In this document: in pieces, positions 8,742 through 17,127 of the stretch
Layout of the letters: every line of letters starts with the position of its first letter
How positions within the stretch are numbered: position 1 is the stretch's first letter
NCBI GenBank assembly: GCA_963785535.1
Contig: CAWAVQ010000007.1
Location: forward strand, 183,502-247,501
Length of the DNA stretch: 64,000 nucleotides
Direction: 5' to 3'
Source of the DNA: an uncultured Chloroflexia bacterium
GTDB taxonomy: Bacteria; Chloroflexota; Anaerolineae; Anaerolineales; Villigracilaceae
The notes under the pieces: generated by a model
Seen by the model: the letters and a program-made list of their open reading frames with translations, nothing else
Told to the model about the DNA's origin: nothing
Databases searched by the model: none
Translations under genes and position numbers: made by a program

Positions 8742-9776
8742 TTACTTCAACGCTTCCAGCGCAGCATCGAGCAAGGAATTGGCAAAAGGCGGATTGTGAA
8801 CGCCCAGGCTCTTGTCTTCCTCAACAAAGAGGTAATTCCACAGAGCGGCTGCTTGGGCTTCGGGGTAATCTCCGACGACGACCGTTCCCTCAGCATCCAT
8901 CAAGCCCTTGGCTTTCAGAGCCGTCGCAACTTGATCGAGTTTGTCCTGTATCTCGGTCTGCACGCCATCGACGTCCAGGCTGGTCGCGTCAGCGTGACAG
9001 CCTTGGCAGGTCGCAACATTTGGCATAAAGGTGTGACTGGCATCCGGGCCAGCACCTCCCAAGTGGCAGGTTACGCAGGTGTTTTCCACCATTTGGTAAT
9101 GCGTGCTGGGCTTTCCTTCAACCCCACCAGCGCCGCCAACGCCAAGAAGCAGTGCAGCTTCTGGGCCATGGTGACCACCCCAGTGGGTGCTGGTAACACT
9201 GACCATACCGTCCGTCGCTTCTGGGAAGGCAGTGCGTTGTTGGTGGCAGTTGGCGCACAGGTTGCCCATACCGCCATCGTAGGTAGCGTCAAGCGCAATG
9301 AGTGCTACCGGATCGGTGGTTTCTAATGCCCAGTCATCAGATGTGTAGGTAGTGTGAATCTGGTGGCAAGCGCGGCAATCGATGCGGCTCGGGTTCGCTA
9401 ATGCAGAATCCTGAGCATCTGCATTATTGACTCCCGCTGCGACAGCGGCACTGAAGCCGCTACCGGAGTGACAGCCGGTGCAGGTTGCATTGGTGGCTGC
9501 ATGGTCAAAAGCGGGGCCACTCCCGTGAACGGATGTTTCCCACGCGGTCACTTTGCCAGTGAGTTGCGATGCATCATTGTGGCATTGGGTGCAGGATAAA
9601 TCAGTAGTGGTCACTGATTCGCCTGCGGGGCCGGCAGGACCTGCGGGGCCGGCAGGACCAGCAGGACCTGCGGGGCCGGCAGGACCAGCGGGACCTGCGC
9701 AGGCTGTGAACAAAACAGCGGCTGCAATCAGGGTGCCGATCAAAACAATCATTTTCTTAGTGGACATTGTTTGCAT
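8742..9776 (-). CDS. Hexahaem c-type cytochrome lipoprotein with (Gly-Pro-Ala)8 stalk
   Basis: Lipobox LFTAC, then AGPAGPAGPAGPAGPAGPAGPAGPAG. Six CxxCH motifs (CTQCH, CTGCH, CRACH, CANCH, CVTCH, CQGCH). Confidence 0.85.
   Translation of the reverse strand: MQTMSTKKMIVLIGTLIAAAVLFTACAGPAGPAGPAGPAGPAGPAGPAGPAGESVTTTDLSCTQCHNDASQLTGKVTAWETSVHGSGPAFDHAATNATCTGCHSGSGFSAAVAAGVNNADAQDSALANPSRIDCRACHQIHTTYTSDDWALETTDPVALIALDATYDGGMGNLCANCHQQRTAFPEATDGMVSVTSTHWGGHHGPEAALLLGVGGAGGVEGKPSTHYQMVENTCVTCHLGGAGPDASHTFMPNVATCQGCHADATSLDVDGVQTEIQDKLDQVATALKAKGLMDAEGTVVVGDYPEAQAAALWNYLFVEEDKSLGVHNPPFANSLLDAALEALK
9624..9695 (-). repeat. 72-nt in-frame tandem triplet repeat encoding (GPA)8
   Basis: Eight GGN-CCN-GCN codon triplets. 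The 18-nt block ctgcggggccggcaggac recurs three times. Confidence 0.95.
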
Positions 9777-9941
9777 TCTCCTTAGAATAGGGTTGGGTGA
9801 TTCTCGTAAATTTTTATATATGTAGTGAAGACATTCACCTCCTTTGTTTAGGAAAGTATGAAACCCATCTAAATTGGGGGATTTACACCAATTTATAAAT
9901 CTAAACTACATTAAAATCAAGTTAATTTGAGATAAAAGACA

Positions 9942-9957
9942 CGTGACAAACGTCACA
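9942..9957. promoter_or_regulatory. CRP/FNR-family-type palindromic site 1
   Basis: cGTGAcaaacgTCACA matches TGTGA-N6-TCACA in 9 of 10 positions. It lies in the divergent intergenic region between the hexahaem gene and the kinase gene. Confidence 0.4.
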
Positions 9958-10007
9958 ATGAGGGAATTTATTGGGCAAATTACCTACAAGCGGCAAGGCG
10001 TACCAGT

Positions 10008-10023
10008 TGTGACATCTGTCACT
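10008..10023. promoter_or_regulatory. CRP/FNR-family-type palindromic site 2
   Basis: TGTGAcatctgTCACt matches in 9 of 10 positions, 66 bp from site 1. Confidence 0.4.
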
Positions 10024-10101
10024 CGTTGGGTGTGATAACCCAAACGCGGAAAACAAGAGCAAACCATGTAAAATGATTGTGTATAGATTCACAATTAGAA
10101 C

Positions 10102-11604
10102 ATGAAACAAATTACCTTTTTGGTTTTCTTCGTTTATGGGCTGGCATTCTTAGGAATGGGTATTGCCATGGCACTCGAATCTGGACGATCACCTGCCTTG
10201 GCACACGCGCGAGTACTACGCTTCCTGGCTGCGTTTGGCCTGATCCATGGCACACATGAATGGATGGAATCCTATCTCTTGCAGGCAGGATCGCTCGGCA
10301 CGCTCTTGCCAGACTGGCTTCCCTGGTTACGTCTGGGTCTTCTAGTGACTTCGTTTGTCTCGCTCTTCTTTTACGGGATCCAGATGCTTCTGCTGGTTTC
10401 ACCTTATCGTCGCGGGAAGCGCATATTCCGCTTCAGTGTCTTTGGTGCTTACGCCTTGTTTATCCTAGTCAGTATCAGCAGCGCGCACCTCAAAGAGCCC
10501 ATTCCGCTGAACAATTTCGTAGATGGGTTGGCGCGCTACCTGCTGGCGGTTCCAGCCGCGATGCTGGCCACGCTGGCGCTGCGCGCCCAGGGACGCAATG
10601 CGCGTGAACAGGGGCGTACGCGCCTGAGTATCAGCCTTACGATTGCAGCCTATGGTTTTGGAATTTACACCCTGACCCAATTTTTCGTGCCTCCGATAAA
10701 TATGTTTCCAGCGCGTTATATAAATGAAGAGGCTTTTTTAGCGTACACAGGTTTCCCAATACAATTAATCCGAACGATCATGGCCGTTCTGATCACCTAC
10801 GGTCTGATTCGCGCAACCCAGTCAATGGAAGAGGAACGCAAATCCGAATTGTTTTCAGCACAACAGGCGCGCCTGAAAGCGTTGGAACAGCAGGAGGAGA
10901 TCCGCCGTGAGTTGTTGCGTCATGTCGTGCAGGTGCAAGAAGATGAGCGCGCACGCATCGCCCGTGAACTGCATGATGAAACTTCGCAAATACTTTCGGC
11001 GTTCATGCTGGAGTTGGCTACCCTGCGCGAACTCACCAAACGCAAGCCGCAGGTTAAAAATATCGTAGATAAACTGCAGGAACTTAGCAGACAGATGTCG
11101 CAAGGGCTATACACGATGGTACACGATCTGAGACCCGCCCAATTGGACGATCTGGGTCTTGTGCCGGCCATAAAATCCTTGCTGGATAGCGAGTGTTGCC
11201 CGAAAGGGTTGCAAGTCAATTTCGATGTGACCGGGAAACAGAGAAGACTCAACTCGTTGATCGAGACCGTGTTGTTCCGCGTGACGCAGGAGGCACTCGC
11301 CAATGTGACTCGTCATGCGGATACCAATAAGGCCTGCGTGCGCCTGGATTATGCTCCGGACGCGATCACGTTGGGGGTGCTGGACTCAGGCAAAGGCTTC
11401 GACCCGAACGAGCCGCTTCGCCCGCCGCGGGGTTGGGGCTTGGAGGGCATGCGCGAGCGCGTTGAATTGGTTGGTGGACAATTGGTTTTGTACTCAGCGC
11501 CCGGGCGAGGGACTACTGTCGAGGTGGTCATTCCACTTGTACCCGAACAAGAGCAGAACGTCATTAAAATACCATCGAAAAAAGTGAATTTGCCCGTCAA
11601 ATAA
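10102..11604 (+). CDS. Membrane sensor histidine kinase (HisKA_3/NarX-DesK type)
   Basis: Multi-TM N-terminal half, coiled coil, H-box ARELHDETSQ, and a HATPase_c region (GKGF...GWGLEGMRERV...GRGT). Confidence 0.85.
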   Translation: MKQITFLVFFVYGLAFLGMGIAMALESGRSPALAHARVLRFLAAFGLIHGTHEWMESYLLQAGSLGTLLPDWLPWLRLGLLVTSFVSLFFYGIQMLLLVSPYRRGKRIFRFSVFGAYALFILVSISSAHLKEPIPLNNFVDGLARYLLAVPAAMLATLALRAQGRNAREQGRTRLSISLTIAAYGFGIYTLTQFFVPPINMFPARYINEEAFLAYTGFPIQLIRTIMAVLITYGLIRATQSMEEERKSELFSAQQARLKALEQQEEIRRELLRHVVQVQEDERARIARELHDETSQILSAFMLELATLRELTKRKPQVKNIVDKLQELSRQMSQGLYTMVHDLRPAQLDDLGLVPAIKSLLDSECCPKGLQVNFDVTGKQRRLNSLIETVLFRVTQEALANVTRHADTNKACVRLDYAPDAITLGVLDSGKGFDPNEPLRPPRGWGLEGMRERVELVGGQLVLYSAPGRGTTVEVVIPLVPEQEQNVIKIPSKKVNLPVK

Positions 11605-11639
11605 TGCAGATTCGGGTACTGGGCAAAGGAGAATAACTC

Positions 11640-12332
11640 ATGGACGCCATCACTCTCATGCTGGTCGATGACCACGATGTGGTACGCACCGGTTTACACT
11701 CGTTTCTGGAAACGCAGCCTGGCCTAAAAGTGATCGCAGAGGCAAAAAATGGTTTGCAAGCGTTGGAGAAGGCCAGGGAGGTGCAACCGGACATTATCCT
11801 GATGGATATCACCATGCCGGATATGGATGGCATGGAAGCCACCCAGCAACTGAAAAAATTGTATCCCGAATGTCAAATACTGGTGTTGACCGTACACGCT
11901 GACAAACAATATTTTATGAAAATGCTATCGGTCGGTGCTTCCGGATATATCACCAAGCAAGCTGCTGCGGACGAGTTGGTTTCCGCCATCCACGCAGTAG
12001 CTGCCGGGCATGTCTATTTGCAACCGGCGCTGGCACGTTGGTTGTTGGATGATTACCAACTGCTGGCAAAAAACGTTGTGCTTCCTGACCTGGATGAAAC
12101 CAATGAAAAGGATAAAGATGCCGTCAGTCTGGATATTTTGAGCAAACGAGAGCGTGAGGTGTTGGAGTTGGTAGGAGAAGGGCATAACAACCATGACATC
12201 GGTAAGAGGCTCGAACTCAGCCCAAAGACGATTGCTCGCCATCGTGAACGCATCATGAAAAAGCTCAACATGCATTCCCGTACAGAACTGGTCAAATTCG
12301 CTATTCGGACTGGGCTGATCTCACTCGAGTAA
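11640..12332 (+). CDS. NarL/LuxR-family response regulator
   Basis: REC domain (LVDDHD...[13 protein letters not shown]), long linker, and a LuxR HTH ([43 protein letters not shown]). Confidence 0.9.
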   Translation: MDAITLMLVDDHDVVRTGLHSFLETQPGLKVIAEAKNGLQALEKAREVQPDIILMDITMPDMDGMEATQQLKKLYPECQILVLTVHADKQYFMKMLSVGASGYITKQAAADELVSAIHAVAAGHVYLQPALARWLLDDYQLLAKNVVLPDLDETNEKDKDAVSLDILSKREREVLELVGEGHNNHDIGKRLELSPKTIARHRERIMKKLNMHSRTELVKFAIRTGLISLE

Positions 12333-12356
12333 ATATCGCTACGGGAAATATTTCTT

Positions 12357-12388
12357 GCTCTGGCCGCTTCATAGCCAGAGCATTTTTC
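12357..12388 (+). terminator. Rho-independent terminator after the response regulator
   Basis: Stem gctctggc/gccagagc (12357-12364/12374-12381) followed by attttt. Confidence 0.75.
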
Positions 12389-12400
12389 TATTAGTTCGAA

Positions 12401-12488
12401 CTTCCACAGTTCGTAAAAGATACCGAAAATAAGGGGGTGCGCTGCGCACACCCCCTTATTTTCGGACCCTTCCTTTGCAACTGCGCAA
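12401..12488. repeat. 88-bp palindromic MITE-like element flanked by 16-nt direct repeats
   Basis: Core is a perfect 17-bp stem ccgaaaataagggggtg/cacccccttattttcgg (12424-12466), with weaker arm complementarity outside it. Flanked by tttctattagttcgaa (12385-12400) and tttctattagttcaaa (12489-12504). Confidence 0.5.
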
Positions 12489-12634
12489 TTTCTATTAGTT
12501 CAAATTAGGACAAATTCGGGAGAGTTTCATGACATCTATCGCGCCCCTTCTCAGCCTGTATTAATCTATATGTGTAAAATGAAAAAGCAGGCAAATATAT
12601 CGATTTGTCGCTACTATTTTTTGGAGGTATCGTT

Positions 12635-13114
12635 ATGCAGCGAACCAAGTTCATTCTGGGCGGTCTGCTTATTCTGGCAGCAGTCGTTTATCTGATTGTT
12701 TCGTCCACAAAGGCCAGCGCAGAATATTTTATGACGATTAACCAACTTAAGGCCGAAGGCTCGGCCGCAGTTGGTAAAAGCCTGCGCGCTTCTGGCGCAG
12801 TGGTTGGTGATACGATTCAGTATGATCCGCAAACCCTGACTCTTTCTTTCGATGTAGCGCATGTCCCGGGTGACAATGCTGAAATCGAGGCGGAAGGCGG
12901 GCTGGCGGCTGTTTTGCACCAAGCTGTCATAGACCCGACACGTGCGCGCATGAAGGTGGTCTACGTGGGTCCCAAACCGGACTTATTGCGTGACGAGGCT
13001 CAGGCCATTATGACCGGGCATGTCGGAGATGACGGTATCTTCTACGCGGATGAGCTACTGCTCAAGTGCCCGACCAAATACCAAGAAGCTGTGCCCGACC
13101 AGGCAGAGGGTTGA
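12635..13114 (+). CDS. ccmE: Cytochrome c maturation haem chaperone CcmE, Cys variant (CxxxY)
   Basis: N-terminal TM anchor and OB-fold-like body. The C-terminal LLLKCPTKYQE occupies the place of the canonical HxxxY haem-binding motif. ATG 12635 is 7 nt after GGAGG. Confidence 0.8.
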   Translation: MQRTKFILGGLLILAAVVYLIVSSTKASAEYFMTINQLKAEGSAAVGKSLRASGAVVGDTIQYDPQTLTLSFDVAHVPGDNAEIEAEGGLAAVLHQAVIDPTRARMKVVYVGPKPDLLRDEAQAIMTGHVGDDGIFYADELLLKCPTKYQEAVPDQAEG

Positions 13115-13168
13115 TATACAAACACCTGACAGGACCGCATTCTGTCAGGTGCGTTTACAGGAGAAAAC

Positions 13169-15229
13169 ATGCTATCAGATTTTGGTTTTGGCGTTTTAAT
13201 CGTAACATTTGTAGTAGCACTGTATAGCGTTGTCGCGGCTATTATTGGTGAAAGAAAACAATCTGCGCAAATGGTGGAAAGCGCCAGACGCGCGCAATTG
13301 CTCACCTTCCCCTTGCTGTCTTTGGCAGCAGGGGTTTTGATCTATCTGCTGGTCAACAATCATTTTGAAGTTTCCTTCGTTTATGAGGTGACCAGCCGCA
13401 GTATGCCAACCTACCTCAAGATTACAGCCTGGTGGGGTGGACAGGCTGGTTCCCTGCTTTTCTGGGGCTGGCTGCTGTCCGCTTTCACCTCCGCGGTCAC
13501 CCTGCGCAAATGGGATCGCGACCGCGAGTTCTTGCCCTGGGTGATCGTCGTTTCTTCCATCACGCTGGCCTTCTTCATCTCGATGAATCTTTTCTTCGAG
13601 AATCCTTTTGCCCGTTTCTGGCAGGTGGCTGGGAACGTTGTGCCCGCTACGTTCAAACCGGCTGGCGGCCTCGCCTTCACGCCGCAGGATGGACGCGGTC
13701 TTAATCCGCTCCTGCGGCATCCCGGCATGATTATCCACCCGCCTATGCTGTATCTGGGTTTTGTCTCGTTCGTGATTCCCTTTGCCTTTGCCATCGCTGC
13801 CCTGATTACCGGCCGCACCGATGACCGCTGGACGCGCCTGACCCGCCGCTGGACACTGTGGGCCTGGTTGTTCCTTTCGCTCGGCCTGGTGCTCGGTAGT
13901 CGTTGGGCCTACGATGTGTTGGGCTGGGGTGGCTTCTGGGGGTGGGACCCGGTCGAGATTGCAGCCTTCATGCCCTGGCTGGCTGGAACGGCTTTCCTGC
14001 ACTCGGTCATGATCCAGGAGCACAAGGGTATGCTCAAACACTGGAACATGATCCTGATCATGCTGACGTACGCGCTGGTCATCTTCGGCACTTTCCTGAC
14101 CCGCTCCGGCGTGCTTTCGTCTGTGCACGCCTTTGCCCAGAGCGCTATCGGCCCAATGTTCTTCGCCTTCATCGGCGTGACTTTCATCACATCTATCGCA
14201 CTGTTGATCTGGCGCTGGCCGGAATTGAAGTCGGAAACCGAGATGAAGTCCATGCTCTCGCGTGAAGCTTTCTTCCTGCTTAACAACCTGCTTTTCTTGA
14301 GCGTACTGGTGGTCTGCTTCTGGGGTGTGATTTTCCCCTTGATCTCAGAACTCTTCGCTGGCCAAAAAGTGACCGTTGGCCCGCCGTTCTACGAACGCGC
14401 CAATGCGCCTCTCTTTGGTGCAATGATGGCCTTGATGGGCATCGCCCCGCTCTCGGCCTGGGGTAAATCCACGCTCATGACACTTGGACGCGCCATCTGG
14501 AAACCGACCATCCCGGCGCTGTTTGTGCCCGTGCTGGCATACTTCGCTGGCTATCATAACTGGGTAGCCCTGATCGGCTTCTTTCTGGTGGCATTCGTCA
14601 TCTCCGTCACGCTCTACGACACTGTCCGCAGCGCGCGAGCCCGCCAGCGCGCGCAGAAGGAAAGCTTCTTCACTGCCCTGGCACGACTGGCCGGCCGCAA
14701 CCGCCGTCGCTATGGTGGCTACATCATCCACATCAGCATGATGCTGATGGCCATTGGTATCCTGGGTATCGAAGTCTTCCAGACTCAAACGCAGGGCACC
14801 GTCTCACAGGGGCAGTCTCTGCAACTGGATGGTTACACCATTAACTACAAGGACATTGCCCAGTGGTCCGACCAGGGTGCTGGTGTGCAATACACGCGCG
14901 CGACAGTGGATGTCTACAAAGACGGAAAACTCCTCAGTGAACTCCACCCACGCATCGATTACTACTTCGACTCGCAACAGACCATGACCATCCCTGGCCA
15001 GCGCAGTACGATGAAAGATGACCTGTACATCATATTGGTAGATTGGCAACCTGCTTCTGCCGTAGGCGCCACTTTCAAGGTTTATCACAACCCGCTGGTC
15101 AACTGGCTGTGGACAGGCGCGCTCATCTTCATCGCCGGCATGCTCTTTGCCGCCTGGCCGGACAAGGACCCCAGCCTGCGTTCCGTTCGTGTCAGCAAAC
15201 GCGCAGTAGAACCCAGCGCAGCGGATTAA
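13169..15229 (+). CDS. ccmF: Cytochrome c haem lyase subunit CcmF
   Basis: 686 aa polytopic protein with the WGGFWGWDPVE tryptophan-rich (WWD) motif and conserved His residues. Confidence 0.9.
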   Translation: MLSDFGFGVLIVTFVVALYSVVAAIIGERKQSAQMVESARRAQLLTFPLLSLAAGVLIYLLVNNHFEVSFVYEVTSRSMPTYLKITAWWGGQAGSLLFWGWLLSAFTSAVTLRKWDRDREFLPWVIVVSSITLAFFISMNLFFENPFARFWQVAGNVVPATFKPAGGLAFTPQDGRGLNPLLRHPGMIIHPPMLYLGFVSFVIPFAFAIAALITGRTDDRWTRLTRRWTLWAWLFLSLGLVLGSRWAYDVLGWGGFWGWDPVEIAAFMPWLAGTAFLHSVMIQEHKGMLKHWNMILIMLTYALVIFGTFLTRSGVLSSVHAFAQSAIGPMFFAFIGVTFITSIALLIWRWPELKSETEMKSMLSREAFFLLNNLLFLSVLVVCFWGVIFPLISELFAGQKVTVGPPFYERANAPLFGAMMALMGIAPLSAWGKSTLMTLGRAIWKPTIPALFVPVLAYFAGYHNWVALIGFFLVAFVISVTLYDTVRSARARQRAQKESFFTALARLAGRNRRRYGGYIIHISMMLMAIGILGIEVFQTQTQGTVSQGQSLQLDGYTINYKDIAQWSDQGAGVQYTRATVDVYKDGKLLSELHPRIDYYFDSQQTMTIPGQRSTMKDDLYIILVDWQPASAVGATFKVYHNPLVNWLWTGALIFIAGMLFAAWPDKDPSLRSVRVSKRAVEPSAAD

Positions 15230-15241
15230 TTGGGAACGATA

Positions 15242-15784
15242 ATGAAAAGACTCTTCTGGATTGCGACTCTCATCCTCGTTCTCTCTACACCCTTCGTCTT
15301 CGCTCAGGACAGGCTGACAGTTGCTACCGTTTCTGCGCAGGGATCTACACCGACGGATGATGATGTCAATGCCATTGCCAGGCAGTTGTTTTGTCCGGTC
15401 TGCGAGAACACGCCCCTGGACGTATGTCCCACGCAAGCTTGCAAAGAATGGCGTGAAGAGATTCGCGGCATGTTGGCAGATGGTAAGAGCGAAGCAGAGA
15501 TCAAACAATATTTTGTCGATTACTACGGCGCGCGCGTGCTCGCCGAGCCACCTCGCACGGGTTTTAACTGGTTGGTCTATGTAGTACCGCCCATGGTCAT
15601 CGTGGCGGGTATCTTCGTGCTCTTCCGCGCATTAAGGGCCTGGAGCCAACCGTCTACGGCAAGTGCTGTCTCTGCCTCCTCGCAAGGGGAAGCGGGAGCA
15701 GCTACGGGTGGGGAAGATGCGTCCGCCTCGTCCAACGATGAGTATATCGCCCGCATGGAAGAAGAACTAAGAAAGAGAAACTAG
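15242..15784 (+). CDS. ccmH: CcmH/NrfF-type thiol-oxidoreductase component
   Basis: Signal peptide, LFCPVCENTPLDVCPTQ (the LRCxxCQ-type motif), ...YYGARVLAEPP, then a TM helix. ATG at 15242. Confidence 0.8.
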   Translation: MKRLFWIATLILVLSTPFVFAQDRLTVATVSAQGSTPTDDDVNAIARQLFCPVCENTPLDVCPTQACKEWREEIRGMLADGKSEAEIKQYFVDYYGARVLAEPPRTGFNWLVYVVPPMVIVAGIFVLFRALRAWSQPSTASAVSASSQGEAGAATGGEDASASSNDEYIARMEEELRKRN

Positions 15785-15789
15785 AATTT

Positions 15790-15881
15790 CCTCGCTGAGC
15801 GGAGCGCAGCGTAGTCGAAGCGCAAATATAAAATTGTCCCTTTGACTTCGCTCCCCCCTCGGGACGATGCCGCTCAGGGAG
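15790..15881. repeat. REP-like palindromic intergenic repeat, copy B1
   Basis: Arms ctcgctgagcggagcgcagcgtagtcgaag and cttcgctcccccctcgggacgatgccgctcagggag are imperfectly inverted. Same family as 19039-19218 and 56027-56101. Confidence 0.6.
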
Positions 15882-15896
15882 AACTTGGAGAACGTC

Positions 15897-16499
15897 ATGA
15901 CTGAAGAACAAACAACCACGACGCCCGCGCCAAAGCGCGGCGTCCGCTTGTCAACGCAGATTATCATCTGGACCGTCCTGATGGCCTTGTTGGTCCTGGT
16001 GGGGCTGGGACTGAAAAAAGCGCAAAATCCGATCATCAGCGTTGGCTCGGATGTTCCCAATTTTCCCCTGACCATGTTCGATGGCTATTCCTACCAGGGC
16101 GCATCCGAGATCAATTTTGCGGACTTGCAAGGGAAAGTCGTAGTGGTCAACTTCTGGGCCTCCTGGTGTAAACCCTGCGAGCAGGAAGCCGCCGAACTCG
16201 AGGAAGCCTGGCAATATTACGCAAACGACGGCCAGGTGGTCTTCCTGGGCATTGCCTGGACAGACACGCCCGATAATTCGAAGGCGTACTTGAACCAATT
16301 CAACATCACTTACCCGAATGGCCCCGATCTGGGCTCGCGCATTTCGTCCATTTTCAATCGTAATCTGGGCGTGCCAGAGACCTATTTCATCGATCGTGAT
16401 GGCGTGTTACGCAGTATCAAGATCGGCCCCTTCACTTCTGTGCAGGAAATCCAGGCCACCATCAATCCACTTTTAAGTAACACCCCTGTACAGGACTGA
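15897..16499 (+). CDS. Membrane-anchored thioredoxin-fold thiol:disulfide oxidoreductase (CcmG/ResA/TlpA-like)
   Basis: TM anchor and WASWCKPCEQE CxxC motif. ATG 15897 follows GGAGAA. The track ORF start at 15867 lies inside repeat B1. Confidence 0.85.
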   Translation: MTEEQTTTTPAPKRGVRLSTQIIIWTVLMALLVLVGLGLKKAQNPIISVGSDVPNFPLTMFDGYSYQGASEINFADLQGKVVVVNFWASWCKPCEQEAAELEEAWQYYANDGQVVFLGIAWTDTPDNSKAYLNQFNITYPNGPDLGSRISSIFNRNLGVPETYFIDRDGVLRSIKIGPFTSVQEIQATINPLLSNTPVQD

Positions 16500-16506
16500 G
16501 GGCTTG

Positions 16507-17052
16507 ATGGACATTGGAGCAATCTTTTTTATTCTGGCGCTTGTCACCCTGGTGGGGATGTATGTAGGCCAGCCGTATATTCGACGCCGTGGCCGCCGCG
16601 CCACGCAGGAAGACCGTGAGTATTCCGCCCTGATGGCAGAATACGACCGCGCCGTCAATACGCTACAGGAACTCGATTTCGATAATGCGCTGGGCAAAGT
16701 CCCGGCGGAAGATTATCCTACACAACGTGCCGAACTGCTGTCGAAAGGCGCCGGCCTGCTGCGCGAGTTGGATTCTTTCGTCCAGGCTCCTGCTCCCAAT
16801 GGAAGTTCCAATGGAGCCAAGAACGAGGGCACAGACGCCGAAAGTCGCATCGAAGCGGCTGTGGCTTCCCGTCGCGCAGATTCATCTGTCAAAAAAGCGG
16901 TGGCTACGCTCGATGATGACGACCTGGAATCGATGATCGCCACCCGTCGCAAAGTACGCAAAGAAAAATCGGCCGGTTTCTGCCCCAAATGCGGCAAGCC
17001 TATTCTGGTCTCTGATCGCTTCTGCCCCTCCTGCGGAAAAGCAATTAATTAG
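16507..17052 (+). CDS. TM protein with CcmI-N-terminal-like helix and C-terminal zinc ribbon
   Basis: N-terminal TM helix. YDRAVNTLQELDFDNALGKVPAEDYPTQRAELL resembles the cytoplasmic helix of the CcmI/CycH N-terminal module. C-terminus is CPKCG...CPSCG. Confidence 0.4.
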   Translation: MDIGAIFFILALVTLVGMYVGQPYIRRRGRRATQEDREYSALMAEYDRAVNTLQELDFDNALGKVPAEDYPTQRAELLSKGAGLLRELDSFVQAPAPNGSSNGAKNEGTDAESRIEAAVASRRADSSVKKAVATLDDDDLESMIATRRKVRKEKSAGFCPKCGKPILVSDRFCPSCGKAIN

Positions 17053-17127
17053 ACGTAAGACATTAAACGTGAGATTTAAGAAATCTGAAGTCTAACTTCT
17101 CGGATCTCTAATCTTTTAGAGGATTTC

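Noticed and set aside
9624-9695. True collagen triple-helix domain
   Set aside because: Only eight Gly-X-Y triplets are present, too short for a stable triple helix and without a trimerisation domain. It is interpreted as a linker or stalk only.
13196-14128. Long antisense ORFs inside GC-rich genes (e.g. 13196-14128 minus, 14804-15508 minus, 21714-22538 minus, 36586-37470 plus, 60412-61257 plus, 19209-19790 minus)
   Set aside because: They lie fully within, and antisense to, ORFs with strong family signatures (CcmF, transposase, the giant fusion protein, CcmA). Their translations are Arg/Gly/His-rich low-complexity sequence typical of shadow frames.
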